A program made the translations under genes and the position numbers. Below the pieces are notes generated by a model. The model worked only from the letters and a program-made list of their open reading frames with translations, did not search any database and had not been told where the DNA came from. Below are positions 1 through 10,101 of a stretch of 64,000 bases of DNA, piece after piece. The stretch's first letter is position 1; each line of letters begins with the position of its first letter. The DNA comes from Felis catus (taxonomy: Eukaryota), in contig NC_058368.1 in assembly GCF_018350175.1 (NCBI RefSeq), positions 191,768,001 through 191,832,000 on the forward strand. The letters run 5' to 3'.

Positions 1-297
1 ATTCATTGCTCCTTCCATTAAATTACATATGCTCTAGTAGGAAATGTCTTTGCCTGTTTTTTGTCATTGCCACCTACTAAAAAAGGAATTTTCCCACTGG
101 CAAAAAAATTGAGTACAGGAAGGTGGAGAGTCATTTCTGTCATGACCATCAATACGCATTTATGAAGCACCTAGATGTGCAAAGCCCTTTTCACCAAGAA
201 GGTATGATTTCCTCTGCTCCCTTAGCTGACCACAGAGCAAGTCACTGTGGAACTGATTGTCAGAGCAAACACTCAAACATGCATTAAAGTGAAGCCA

Positions 298-373
298 TCA
301 CTTCAACTTGGACTGCCTATCACCAGGTGAATTCAAGAATCTGAGCAACTTTTCAGACAATGTGGTTCTGGTG
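298..373 (-). CDS. Candidate downstream exon of the minus-strand spliced transcript (coding part up to TGA; true 3' end unknown)
   Basis: Minus strand reads CCTAAC (branch-point-like) ataccacactattttAAG|caccag|aacc, with an in-frame alternative AG 6 nt downstream. It continues the frame from exon 953-981 as (I)TRTTLSEKLLRFLNSPGDRQSKLK* with the stop at 298-300. The pyrimidine tract is weak. Confidence 0.3.
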
Positions 374-476
374 CTTAAAATAGTGTGGTATGTTAGGTTG
401 GAGGAGGACAGTACAACATTCTTTTGGAATTTTATTTTCAAGTCAAGATCTAAATGCTTTGTTTCACTCTATGAAA

Positions 477-683
477 TTATGGTTTTGCTTTTTTTTAAGT
501 TTGTTTATTCATCGAGAGAGAGAGAGAGAGAGCAGGGAAGGGGCAGAGAGAGAGGATTCCAAGCAGGCTCTGCACTGTCAGCGAGGACGCTGATGCGGGG
601 TTCAAACTCATGAACCATGAGACCATGACCTGAGCTGAAATCAAGAGCCAGGTGCTTAACCACCTGAACCACCCAGGCGTCCC
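477..683 (-). mobile_element. Can-SINE (SINEC)
   Basis: Reverse-oriented tRNA-derived head, (CT)n linker and A tail. TSD TCACTCTATGAAA at 464-476 and 685-697. Confidence 0.95.
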
Positions 684-952
684 ATCACTCTATGAAAGTG
701 TTAAGGCACACAGCCTTAGTGTCTTCCACAGAGTAAGAAGAACAGATTCTGCCTTTCAACATTTCCCAGAAACCTTTCAAGGCAAATTTAAGTCAGAAAG
801 TCATACTAGAAACTGTCCTCCAGATATGAGGCAGCTCTAAAAAACTGCAGGGTCCTGTTCATAAGGAATAAAGAATTGCTACTATTGATGCCATATTTTC
901 TTCTGTTTTCTTCCCCAAGAAGAAATTTAGATTACTAACAATCACAACTTAC

Positions 953-981
953 ATTTCCAGAAGAGACACACCTATAAATGC
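953..981 (-). CDS. Candidate 29-nt exon
   Basis: attctatattttCAG|GCATTTATAGGTGTGTCTCTTCTGGAAAT|GTAAGT. Reads AFIGVSLLE in frame with exon 1652-1728. Confidence 0.55.
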
Positions 982-1380
982 CTGAAAATATAGAATCTGC
1001 AGCACAGCATTTACATTTTAATATAAAACTCTCTTAAAAATGATTGTATATGTGTTGGCCAACTATCCAACAAAAATGCAAAATCTGTTGGGGCAGATAT
1101 ATTGTTGATTTAAAAAAAAAAAGATTCCAAGTGTTGCAAGTGATCCTATTTCTGTAAAACCACAACTACGTCTTAAAAATCTCTTTTATCTGTATATCTT
1201 TATCTATCTGCCTAGCTGGAAGAGAGTATATCAAAATGTTAACCGTGTCCCTCTGGAAGGGGGGAAGATTATGTGGGTTTTTTTTTCTCCATATAGTTTT
1301 GTATTATAACTTAGACAATGAGCAGGTGTTAGTGTTCTTTGCAGTATGTTTTTTCAAACTATTTAAAAATAACAACTCCA

Positions 1381-1608
1381 GGGCACCTGGGTGGCTCAGT
1401 CGATTAAGCATCCAACTCTTGGTTTTGGCTCACGTCATGATCTCACAGTTTGTGAGCTGGTGAGTTTGAGCCCCACACGGGTGCGCTGGCAGTGGGATTC
1501 TCTGCCTGTGTGGGATTCTCTGCCTCCCTCTCTCTCTGCCCCTCCCCCACTCTCTCTCTAGCTCTCTCTCAAAATAAATAACCCTTAAAAAATAAATAAA
1601 ATAAAAAT
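1381..1608 (+). mobile_element. Can-SINE (SINEC)
   Basis: GGGCACCTGGGTGGCTCAG head, (CT)n linker, A tail. TSD AAAATAACAACTC on both sides. Confidence 0.95.
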
Positions 1609-1651
1609 AAAAATAACAACTCAGGACCACTTTGGCTATTTGGTGACTTAC

Positions 1652-1728
1652 AGGTTGCAGCTCCCACAGGGAAAGTAAGGATGAAGGATGATGTTCAACA
1701 TTCCACCAAACTCCTGGATGTAGCACAT
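1652..1728 (-). CDS. Candidate 77-nt exon
   Basis: Long poly-T tract then cctccaAAG|ATGTGCTAC...GCAACCT|GTAAGT. Reads VLHPGVWWNVEHHPSSLLSLWELQP. Confidence 0.6.
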
Positions 1729-1859
1729 CTTTGGAGGAAAAAAAAAAAATCCATGTAGATCTCATCTTAAGCAAACCTCTGGAGAAACCCAATACACTGG
1801 GTGGGGACCACTAACAAGCTATTCACTAATCAGGAATTCAGGTAACCTGACTAACATCT

Positions 1860-2050
1860 TTCCCATGACCTAGGAATTGAATGTGAGTTTTCAGCCTACA
1901 CTTATCACATGGGAACATTTTCTCATCCAGTATAATGAGGATAATGCGTTTCTATTTCACAGGGCTGCCTGAGGATGGGGTAAGGTACTATGTGTGAAAT
2001 GCCCAGCCCAATGACTGGCAGAGAGCAGAGGTACTTAATGAGTAGGAGCT
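1860..2050 (+). mobile_element. MIR fragment
   Basis: Degenerate MIR core (tttctcatccagtataatgaggataatg...tatgtgtgaaatgcccagccca). Confidence 0.6.
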
Positions 2051-2278
2051 ACCTGCAGCCAGGGCCAGTCCACGTCCCTTCCCCAGGGGAGCGGGAAGGA
2101 GACATTAATTCCAAATCCCCAAATTTCCTCTTCCTTTTAAGTAGTACAGGCAGACTCTGAAACCTCTCTCTGCTTCAGCCTCAGCTTCTCAAATGTGACT
2201 GGTGATGCTAGAGTTCCTGTTAGGATCCCAGAGACTGCAAGCAAGAAAAAGAAGAATCCTTCAGGAAAAGGAACTTAC

Positions 2279-2319
2279 TCTTAACCATAAAGGTCAAGAG
2301 CTAGAATCCTGAGTTTGTT
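2279..2319 (-). CDS. Candidate 41-nt exon containing an ATG at 2286-2288
   Basis: ttttaattctctctctgcgaaCAG|AACAAACTC...CTTTATGGTTAAGA|GTAAGT. Confidence 0.55.
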
Positions 2320-2683
2320 CTGTTCGCAGAGAGAGAATTAAAATTTCGATAACACGGTTCAGAAATGAGCACTAAACATGGATAATGCAAAGCCATTGAA
2401 GAGAAAGTAATTGTCTTACAAAGAAGAAAATGTGACACAGTGATAAGAGTGAGGCTTAGAAAGGCTAGCTTCACCAGGTCCACACAGGTAGGAAGTGGTG
2501 ATACTGGGATTTGAAGTGGGTTCAATTCCACCAGCTTCCTTGTCTTACTACAGTTATCAAATCCTCAGGTTCGAAATGAATGTTAGAGGCTCCAAGTCAG
2601 TTTCCTCGTCTCTAAGAGGGTTCAAACACTAGTAGATCAGGGAATCGTACTCCGGTTTGTAAACTTGTCCACTAAAATATCAT

Positions 2684-2855
2684 TAGTTTGCCAGATTTTG
2701 GAAAAGAAAAAACACAGGATGCCCTGTAAATTTGAATTTTTGATAAATAAATAAGTTTTAATATAAGTGCATGGACATACTTATATCAAAAAAAAAAATG
2801 TTGTTATTCTGAAATTGAAAGTTAACAGGTTCCCTGTATTTTATCTGGCAACCTA
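2684..2855. mobile_element. MER53-like palindromic MITE (hAT)
   Basis: Terminal inverted repeats TAGTTTGCCAGAT...ATCTGGCAACCTA. Internal symmetric arms (aaatttgaattt / aaattgaaagtt; tataagt / acttata) fit the recalled MER53 consensus. Confidence 0.85.
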
Positions 2856-3841
2856 AGATACGAACGTCAGCCCAGCATTCCACATACAATCTAAGCAAAA
2901 GGAGAGATTCTTCGCAGAATGTTGAAATGTGTAATTCAAAGCGAAAGGATGACATTTTTGAGTTTTTAAACCATAAAGCATTTGTGAAGCACTTTACACT
3001 TGACTAATAACTTCCTTTGATTTCGGTCCTCCCAGACTGACACTCAAAGAAATTACGCTACTCACTCACTGTCACACAGCTAGTAAGTTAGAATGTCTGA
3101 CATTAAATCTAGATAATCTAAAGTCACTGCTACTCTTACTACCATTGCTAATAATGGTAAGCACAGCTATAATTTATTAAGTGCTTGCTATATTGTCTGT
3201 CAGGTGCTGTGACTGGACTTTTATACATCATCTCCTCCTTTATGAGGACAAACTTCTGCACAGAGAAGACTCTCATGGAATACTATTTACAATCTCGTGT
3301 CTCAAAGCATTTCTTTTGAATTCCAAAATTATGAGTGACTAAACTGAGGAGTACACTGCAAATAATTTAATACAAAATTTGACAAATTCCTGGGAAGTTA
3401 TGGAGGACAGGGAATATGTATTGGCCAAAACTAACTCATCATCCTACATTGAACCCAGCACTCAGCAAAGAAAAGGGATCCAAAAATCTTTTTTATTAAA
3501 TGAAAGAGCAAACGAATAAGCAGAAGTCTACAGATATCAATCTAAGATTCTAGAAGAGTTGAGAAGGCATCCTTTTTTTTCCAGTAAACAATTTAAAACC
3601 ATCACAGAGCCTTCCAAGAGAAAAAAATAGATTACACAATAAGTAAGTAGTGTTGATCTGTACAACAAGCCTCCCTTCTCTAAGCTTTGCTTGAAAAAAA
3701 ATATTGTCAGAGAAGGAGGAAGATGGAGAAAAGAACAAAAGGTCTTTGTTTAATTAGGCAGTATTATGGTTCTTCAATAGACAACTTGCTTCATTGTGCA
3801 GCCTACAAAATTCACGGAGAGTGATCTCAGAAAGAACCCAC

Positions 3842-3984
3842 CTGCTGCCGTTGCCATGTAAAGTTCTGTTGTCGAGAGACTCGAAGTGTCTGATTTGTGT
3901 CAGATACTAGGAGGTGGCTGAACTGCGGGACTATCCACAAGAGTTACAAATAACCTAATGACAGAGGGTTCGATGGCCACTTTT
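3842..3984 (-). other. Candidate 143-nt exon, mostly non-coding, with ATG at 3855-3857 near its 3' end
   Basis: About 90-nt pyrimidine-rich tract ending cttttctgtacCAG| and a GCAG|GTGGGT donor. All three frames contain stops before the ATG. CpG density is locally raised. Confidence 0.45.
3850..3863. promoter_or_regulatory. RFX X-box-like motif
   Basis: GTTGCCATGTAAAG: perfect GTTGCCATG half-site with a degenerate second half (ideal site GTTGCCATGGCAAC). Confidence 0.3.
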
Positions 3985-4193
3985 CTGGTACAGAAAAGCA
4001 TAAGGGAGGAGGGCAGGAATGGAATAGAGGAATAGAGAAGACACCAACAAATATCAGGGGAAGAAAAAGAAATGAATTCAGTAAGGGTCAAGAGGGTGAA
4101 TTCTAGCTCTAGCTCTACGAGCTGCTAGGGATGGGGTTAGATGAAGTTCTTTCCTTCCTGGGCCTCAGTTTCTTCATCTGTAAAATGAAGGCA

Positions 4194-4729
4194 TGTGGGG
4201 GTTCAGGCTATGTCACCCCCAAATACGCCACTTTAGCATATGAGTTATTTTGAATTAAAGCTGGTTGAGAAACAGCCAGTGCAAGAGGACACTCTGGTCA
4301 CCTTATGTGCCCCTAAATGCAGGAGATAAATCTCCCATGCGAAAGGTACCCTTGCCATACCAGAGGGTAGAAGACATCCTTATCACCAGAGATGAGAACC
4401 TGGGGCTGCTGCGAATCTAGATGGGAATCTATGAACAAACCTTATTGCTCTCTTGCCATATTTCTACCCCTAGCCCAGACCCCCTGATCTTGTAAATTAT
4501 TTACAAACTGTTTCTTTATTGAGAAGCAAAAAAAAAAAAAAAAAAGAGAAAAGAAAAAAAGCTGCCTGCTTTGGTCTCTTCTTTGAGTCTTATATCTTTG
4601 GGGGGAGGGGCCTCCCGTATGTGTGTGTGAAATTACATTTCTTTTTCTCCTGTTCATCTGTTTTACGTCAGTTATTAGACCAGCCACAGAATTAAGAAGG
4701 AAGGAAGGAAAATGTTTACCTCCCCTATA
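4194..4729 (+). mobile_element. MER34/MER39-like ERV1 solo LTR inserted in a MIR
   Basis: Starts TGTGGGGGTTCAGGCTATGTCACCCCCAAATACGCCACTTTAGCATA and ends TACCTCCCCTATA. Near-TSD GGCA/GGCG. MIR core ggcctcagtttcttcatctgtaaaatg lies immediately upstream. Confidence 0.8.
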
Positions 4730-5499
4730 GGCGTTAGACTTGAATGTTTCACGGACTGTATTCATGGATTCACAGGATATCGCCAAGTGGTACACAAAAG
4801 AAAAAATGCACTTGTGTGGTTAATTAAATTTGGAAAATGCTGGATGAAGCAAGGCAAAATGGGTTTCTTTATTTCAGGATTTTTAAGTTCAAATGTGCTT
4901 TCTTTTCTCATCTTTAAGGGGGGTGATAGTGCCTACCCCATTAAGTTCTGGTGAGAATTAAGTGAGTCAATTCTAAGCGCTAAATAGATATTAGCTTCTA
5001 TTAGAGTGGCTATCGTCATCATCGTTAATCTCGTAAGTGGAAGGGTATAGAATATAGCATCTTCCAAACTTAAGAGCAAGAGACTTGTCTTATTTATTAA
5101 TTTATTTGTGATTTTCTCAGCGGGCGAACATTGCTCACTATACGGTCTGAGAAATCTTGATCCAGAATTGACTCTAAGACCCCTTCCATCTCTGATATCT
5201 TATGACTCCGTGGTAAATTAAGCTCCTAAACACAGGCTTCTATGCCCTCAGCAAGAGTGCTAAAGCCCACAATATGCACTAAATGAAATTTACTGAACAA
5301 ATGATTTTTTTTTTAGTCGAGGACCCACAAACTCCACCTAGTTCACAAGCCCAGATTCCAGTCCTACGTCCAGCTGCAAGAGTTTTTCAGAGACTGGTTT
5401 TGATACTTGGAAAGGGGACGAGGAACTTCAGTGTATCTGCAAATGCTTAGCACTACCCCTCGCAGGCTAAATTTGCCCTAATCATCCAAGCCATTAGCT

Positions 5500-5780
5500 G
5501 TTTCATTCATTCACTTAATTATTCATTCATTCAGAAATGTCTACGCAATTTCCACCATGTTCCAAGCACTGTCCCCGCAATGAGGAGATTACAGTGATGA
5601 GTCATAGAGTAGGCCTTCACAGTAATTACAGTCTCCTAGAGGGGAAAAAGTATATACAGTAATGGTAAGATCAGGTGAGGAGTGCTGAGAGCAGCAGCAG
5701 TTTAGTGCAGTAACAGATTACAGTCAGCTTTGGAGAGCAGCAGCGTTGTCAGGGGAGAAGCATGTGGCATTTAAAGAGGA
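5500..5780 (-). mobile_element. L2 3' fragment
   Basis: (TTCA)n terminus followed by typical reverse L2 sequence (caccatgttccaagcactgt...). Confidence 0.6.
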
Positions 5781-5785
5781 CCTGG

Positions 5786-5987
5786 GGGGCGCCTGGGGGG
5801 GCTCAGTCAGTTAAGCATCCGACTTCAGCTCAGGTCACTATCTCACTTTCCAGTTGGAGTCCCACGTCAGGCTCTATGCAGAGAGCTCAGAGTCTGGAGC
5901 CTGTTTCAGATTGTGTCTCCCTCTATCTCTGTCCTTCCCCCGCTTGCGCTCTGTCTCTCTCTCTCTCTCAAAAATAAACGAACATAA
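5786..5987 (+). mobile_element. Can-SINE (SINEC_Fc-like)
   Basis: GGGGCGCCTGGGGGGGCTCAG head, (CT)n linker. Flanking AGGACCT at 5777-5783 and 6025-6031. Confidence 0.93.

Positions 5988-6023
<36 letters not shown>
5988..6023 (+). repeat. Compound tetranucleotide microsatellite (TAGA)5(CAGA)4
   Basis: Read directly. Confidence 0.95.
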
Positions 6024-6026
<3 letters not shown>

Positions 6027-6109
6027 GACCTTGAAGGAGATAGGCATGTGGACATTCTAGGCAGAAATTCACGGGCAAAGAATTAATACCCCATCATATC
6101 AACAGCTCA

Positions 6110-6870
6110 CGTTGTAGTGTGTGGGCCAATCACGTGGCACAGACTCACAGGCTGTGAAGCCCTGGAATGACACCCCAGGTCTGCCACCTGCAGGTCACTT
6201 CCTTAAGCAAGTAACCTCTCCTAGTTTCCTTATTATTTCCCAAGTGTAAATATTAATGTGCGATGAGTAAGCAACAGTAAGAGTTGAATTTTATTTAGCC
6301 CTTGCCAAGTTGCAGGTGCTATTTTAAGCCCTTTGTACGTATTGGCTCATTTAATCCACACAACAAATGCATTTCCCAGGTGAAGTAGTTTGACCAAATC
6401 AAGGAGTAATGATAATCGAAGCCCAGACTTCTTCCCAACTCTTTCTGATTACAGACCCAGACCAAACCACAGTCACTGTTATGATGCTCTCTCTTGCACA
6501 GTGAAGAAACTGAAGCCCAGCAAAGTTACGAAACTCAAAGGCTTGAGGTTACACAGCTAGTAAATGGCAGAGCTGAGGCTCAGATCTAAGACTGAACCTT
6601 CACTTGCCAGCATGTGCTCTGACAGGCCCGTGCAGGTTCTTCTAATAACTGTACCAGCACATATGCTTCAAATAACTTACTGTGTGCTAGGCACTGTTTT
6701 AATCATTTCCAGGGATTAATTCATTTAGGCCTTCCAATGGCCCCCTGAAGTGAGTATGGATGAGAGCAGGGAAGTATAGGGGCACAAGGTAAGTGACCCA
6801 CAGACTCACAGGTAGGAGCTAGTGCACTCAAGACTTGGACTCAAGCCAGGAGGCCTCTCAGTCTGAGTTC
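6110..6870. mobile_element. Cluster of MIR fragments in both orientations
   Basis: MIR motifs such as gaagaaactgaagcccag, aggttacacagctagtaaatggcagagctg and ttactgtgtgctaggcactgt. Confidence 0.7.
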
Positions 6871-6895
6871 TCACTATGACATCGTACTCCCTCTT

Positions 6896-7109
6896 TTAAA
6901 CTTTGTTGAATGTTTATTTATTTTTGAGAGAAAGAGAAAGAGAGAGAGAGGGAGGGAGGGGCAGAGAGAGAGGGAGACAGAGAATATCAAGCAGGCTCCA
7001 TACTGAGTGCCGAGCCCAACACAGGGTTCGAACCCACAAACCATGAGATCACGACCTGAGCCGAAATCAAGTGTCGAGTGCTCAACCAATCGAACCACCC
7101 AGGTGCCTG
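6896..7109 (-). mobile_element. Can-SINE
   Basis: Reverse SINEC structure. TSD CTCCCTCTT at 6887-6895 and 7110-7118. Confidence 0.95.
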
Positions 7110-7298
7110 CTCCCTCTTAAAAAAAAGAAAAAGAAAAGAAAGAGGAAGAACAGGACAGAAGACACTGAACATTCAGAACCCCACTTCCCTTACTCAGAAG
7201 ACACCTGAGATGATCTAAAATTTGAGGGTAACATGGCTAAACGATAAAATGCTCCCCTGGGAATTACCCCTTTCCTGATTTGAATCATTCATATTTTC

Positions 7299-7510
7299 CT
7301 TTTTTTTTTAATGTTTATTTATTTTTGAGACAGAGAGAGACAGAGCATGAGCAGTGGAGGGACAGAGAGAGAGGGAGACACAGAATCCGAAGCAGCTCCA
7401 GGCCCTGAGCTGTCAGCACAGAGACTGACGCGGGGCTCGAACTCACAGACTGTGAGATCACGACCTGAGCTGAAGTCGGAGGCTTAACTGACTGAGCCAC
7501 CCAGGCGCCC
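7299..7510 (-). mobile_element. Can-SINE (SINEC_Fc-like)
   Basis: 18-bp TSD TGAATCATTCATATTTTC at 7281-7298 and 7511-7528. Confidence 0.97.
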
Positions 7511-8454
7511 TGAATCATTCATATTTTCATTGCAGGAACTGTGTAGGAGTTGGGGAGAGATTTCATTAAGTGAACAATGCGGCACTTTCTGTATGTTCAA
7601 ATTGACTTTGTCGATATGCACCCTTATGGAAGCACTTGAAATCTTTAAAATTGGAGCACGTACATAGCGGGTGATAGCAGTTGTGCGCACACACACTAAA
7701 TGGAAAAACAAATGGAGGGAGCTATTTAAAGTATGAGAGCCAAGTTACAGGATACACTTTAAAATTAGAAGAGATGAGGGTCTCCAAAGCTTAAATGAAA
7801 GGAGTCCTATGGAGCCTTTTTATTTCTACCATTTCATGTTCTGTAACCTTCTTTTTAATAGTAGCTATCATCTCAAATGTGGTGGGCATTTTTGGATGCT
7901 AGAAATGATCATTAGCTCTTCAAATTAAAAGACACCAATAATTGACTGATAATCTGTCTCAGTTAAGCTTTTTCCTGACGCTCTTTCCCTTGTTTTTATT
8001 CAGAGTGTGAAAAATGCCTAGCAGGTGGACTTTCTGCTGAAAACTGAAGGAAAGATGTATTTTGGCTAATTGCTTTGTGCAAGAGTTGGTTAGGAAATGA
8101 GAGCTGGCGTTAAAGGCAAGATAAGTGTGCAATTAATGACAACTGGGTAGGAATTAAAGAGCAGGAAAATATTACAGCGAGTCTACGTTAATAGCATGAA
8201 AATAAAACCTCTCCACTTGAGAGGCAATCTCCTCTGCTTCCTTGTTTTATATCTTGAGTCTTTTTCAATTAGCTGCAGGTCATGGAAAAACAAATAACAA
8301 ATCTATCATCCATCTTTTACTTCCATTTGAAACTACAGTATGAGATTGTTTTGGGTAGAAGTAAAATCGGTCATTTTAAAAGTTTATTATGTATATAAGT
8401 GCACATAAAATATTAATTATGGTATTCCTTATAATACACTAATACTAACAATTC

Positions 8455-8675
8455 CTGAGAATTACTCTGTGCCAGGTACTGTGCTGGCGTCATGGGGATT
8501 AAGTCACTCAGTCCCGACAATTTAGAAGGATGCATGGAGATAACCAATGAGGAAACCAGGACTCAAAGAAGTTAAGTAATTTATTAAAGGCCATACAGAT
8601 TACTGGTGGTGAAGAAGGATTCCAACTCATGGCCTTGTGACCCAAAACCCATTCTCTTCATGGCCACTCTGTATG
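8455..8675 (-). mobile_element. MIR
   Basis: tactctgtgccaggtactgtgct...atgaggaaaccaggactcaaagaagttaagtaattt. Confidence 0.75.
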
Positions 8676-8685
8676 CCAGTCTTAC

Positions 8686-8790
8686 CTGTTGTTTATTCCT
8701 TACACCACTTGCTTGAAACAGCAGAGAAACCTGTTAACGGCCGTCTTATTATCTGATCACTGTATAAAATTGTGCTTCTCAGGTTGGAAA
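8686..8790 (-). other. Candidate 105-nt non-coding exon
   Basis: gcctccctgtgttcccCAG|TTTCCAACC...AAACAACAG|GTAAGA. Stops in all three frames. Confidence 0.4.
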
Positions 8791-8891
8791 CTGGGGAACA
8801 CAGGGAGGCACCTTGGTCTCTGAAGCCAGAGGATATTAAATGATGTCCCTTCCTAGAATGTTAAAGCTAGTCAATTGGTAATTCAAAAACA

Positions 8892-9250
8892 ATGTGTGTG
8901 GAACTAGAGTGTATTACACTAAGCGAAGTAAGTCAGTCAGAAAAAGACAGTGTATGATTTTACTCATATATGGAATGTAGAAACAAAAAAGATGACTATA
9001 GGGGAAGGGAAGGAAAAATAAGCTAAAGACAGGGAGGCAACCCATAAGAAACTCTTAAATACAGAGAACAAACGGAGGGTTGCTGGAGGGGTTCTGGGTG
9101 GGGGATGGGCTAAATGGGTGATGGGCACTAAGCAAGGCACTTGGGATGAACACTTGGTGTTATATGTAAGTTACGAATTACTGGTTCTAATACTGAAACT
9201 AATGGTACACATATGTTAACTTACTTGAATTTAAATAAATACATTTTTTA
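8892..9250 (+). mobile_element. 5'-truncated carnivore L1 3' end
   Basis: gaactagagtgtattacactaagcgaagtaagtcagtcagaaaaagac...gagaacaaacggagggttgctggagggg...gaatttaaataaa. Confidence 0.9.
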
Positions 9251-9398
9251 AAAATGCATTTTTACATTAAAACACATGTTATAGAGAATTCATATGAATT
9301 TTTAAGGTAAAACATGATAAACACTAAAAAGAGATGTTGGGTTTAGCTGTACATTCCAGAAGAGCTAAGCCCATCCCCAAGTTTTGGTTCATCTTTCT

Positions 9399-9626
9399 TT
9401 TTTTTTTTTTTAATTTTTTTTTTCAACGTTTATTTATTTTTGGGACAGAGAGAGACAGAGCATGGACGGGGGAGGGGCAGAGAGAGAGGGAGACACAGAA
9501 TCGGAAACAGGCTCCAGGCTCTGAGCCATCAGCCCAGAGACTGACGCGGGGCTCGAACTCCCGGACCGCGAGATCGTGACCTGGCTGAAGTCGGACGCTT
9601 AACCGACTGCGCCACCGAGGCTCCCC
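9399..9626 (-). mobile_element. Young SINEC_Fc
   Basis: CpG-rich and close to consensus. TSD TGGTTCATCTTTCT at 9385-9398 and 9627-9640. Confidence 0.97.
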
Positions 9627-9699
9627 TGGTTCATCTTTCTAAAGACATCATCACACCTTACCCCGCCCACCTGCCCCCTTCTTCTGGTGATTGCACCAT

Positions 9700-10101
9700 A
9701 TCATTCTATAGGGGACCACCCTCGTGTACATTTTCACTCTCAGTGACTCAGTGGTGGACCCCATTCCTGGCTCTAATGGAAGACTGTGATCCAGGGGGAC
9801 CCAATTATAGGTAATTGGGAAAGAGAAATTCTTTTGTATTGACTTGAAGCTGGGAAGATGACTACCTAGAGCTGCTCTGAGCCATCTGGCCTCTATGTGA
9901 GCAGACCTTGCCCGAGAATGACGCCAGCATGGAGCAAATCAGGGCCAAGAGATGGAGCAAGACCAAGTCCTGCTGAAATCGTTGGAGCTCTGGCCATGCT
10001 TGAGGCGAAATCCTGAACTCATTCATTATGTGAGCCAGTAAATTCTTTTTTTGTATAAATGTATTTGTGCTCTCACTTGTAATGGAAAGTATCCTAATAC
10101 A
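9700..10101 (+). mobile_element. Old MLT1 (J/K/L-type) MaLR LTR
   Basis: 3' end ttatgtgagccagtaaattc...cacttgtaatggaaagtatcctaataca. Confidence 0.65.
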
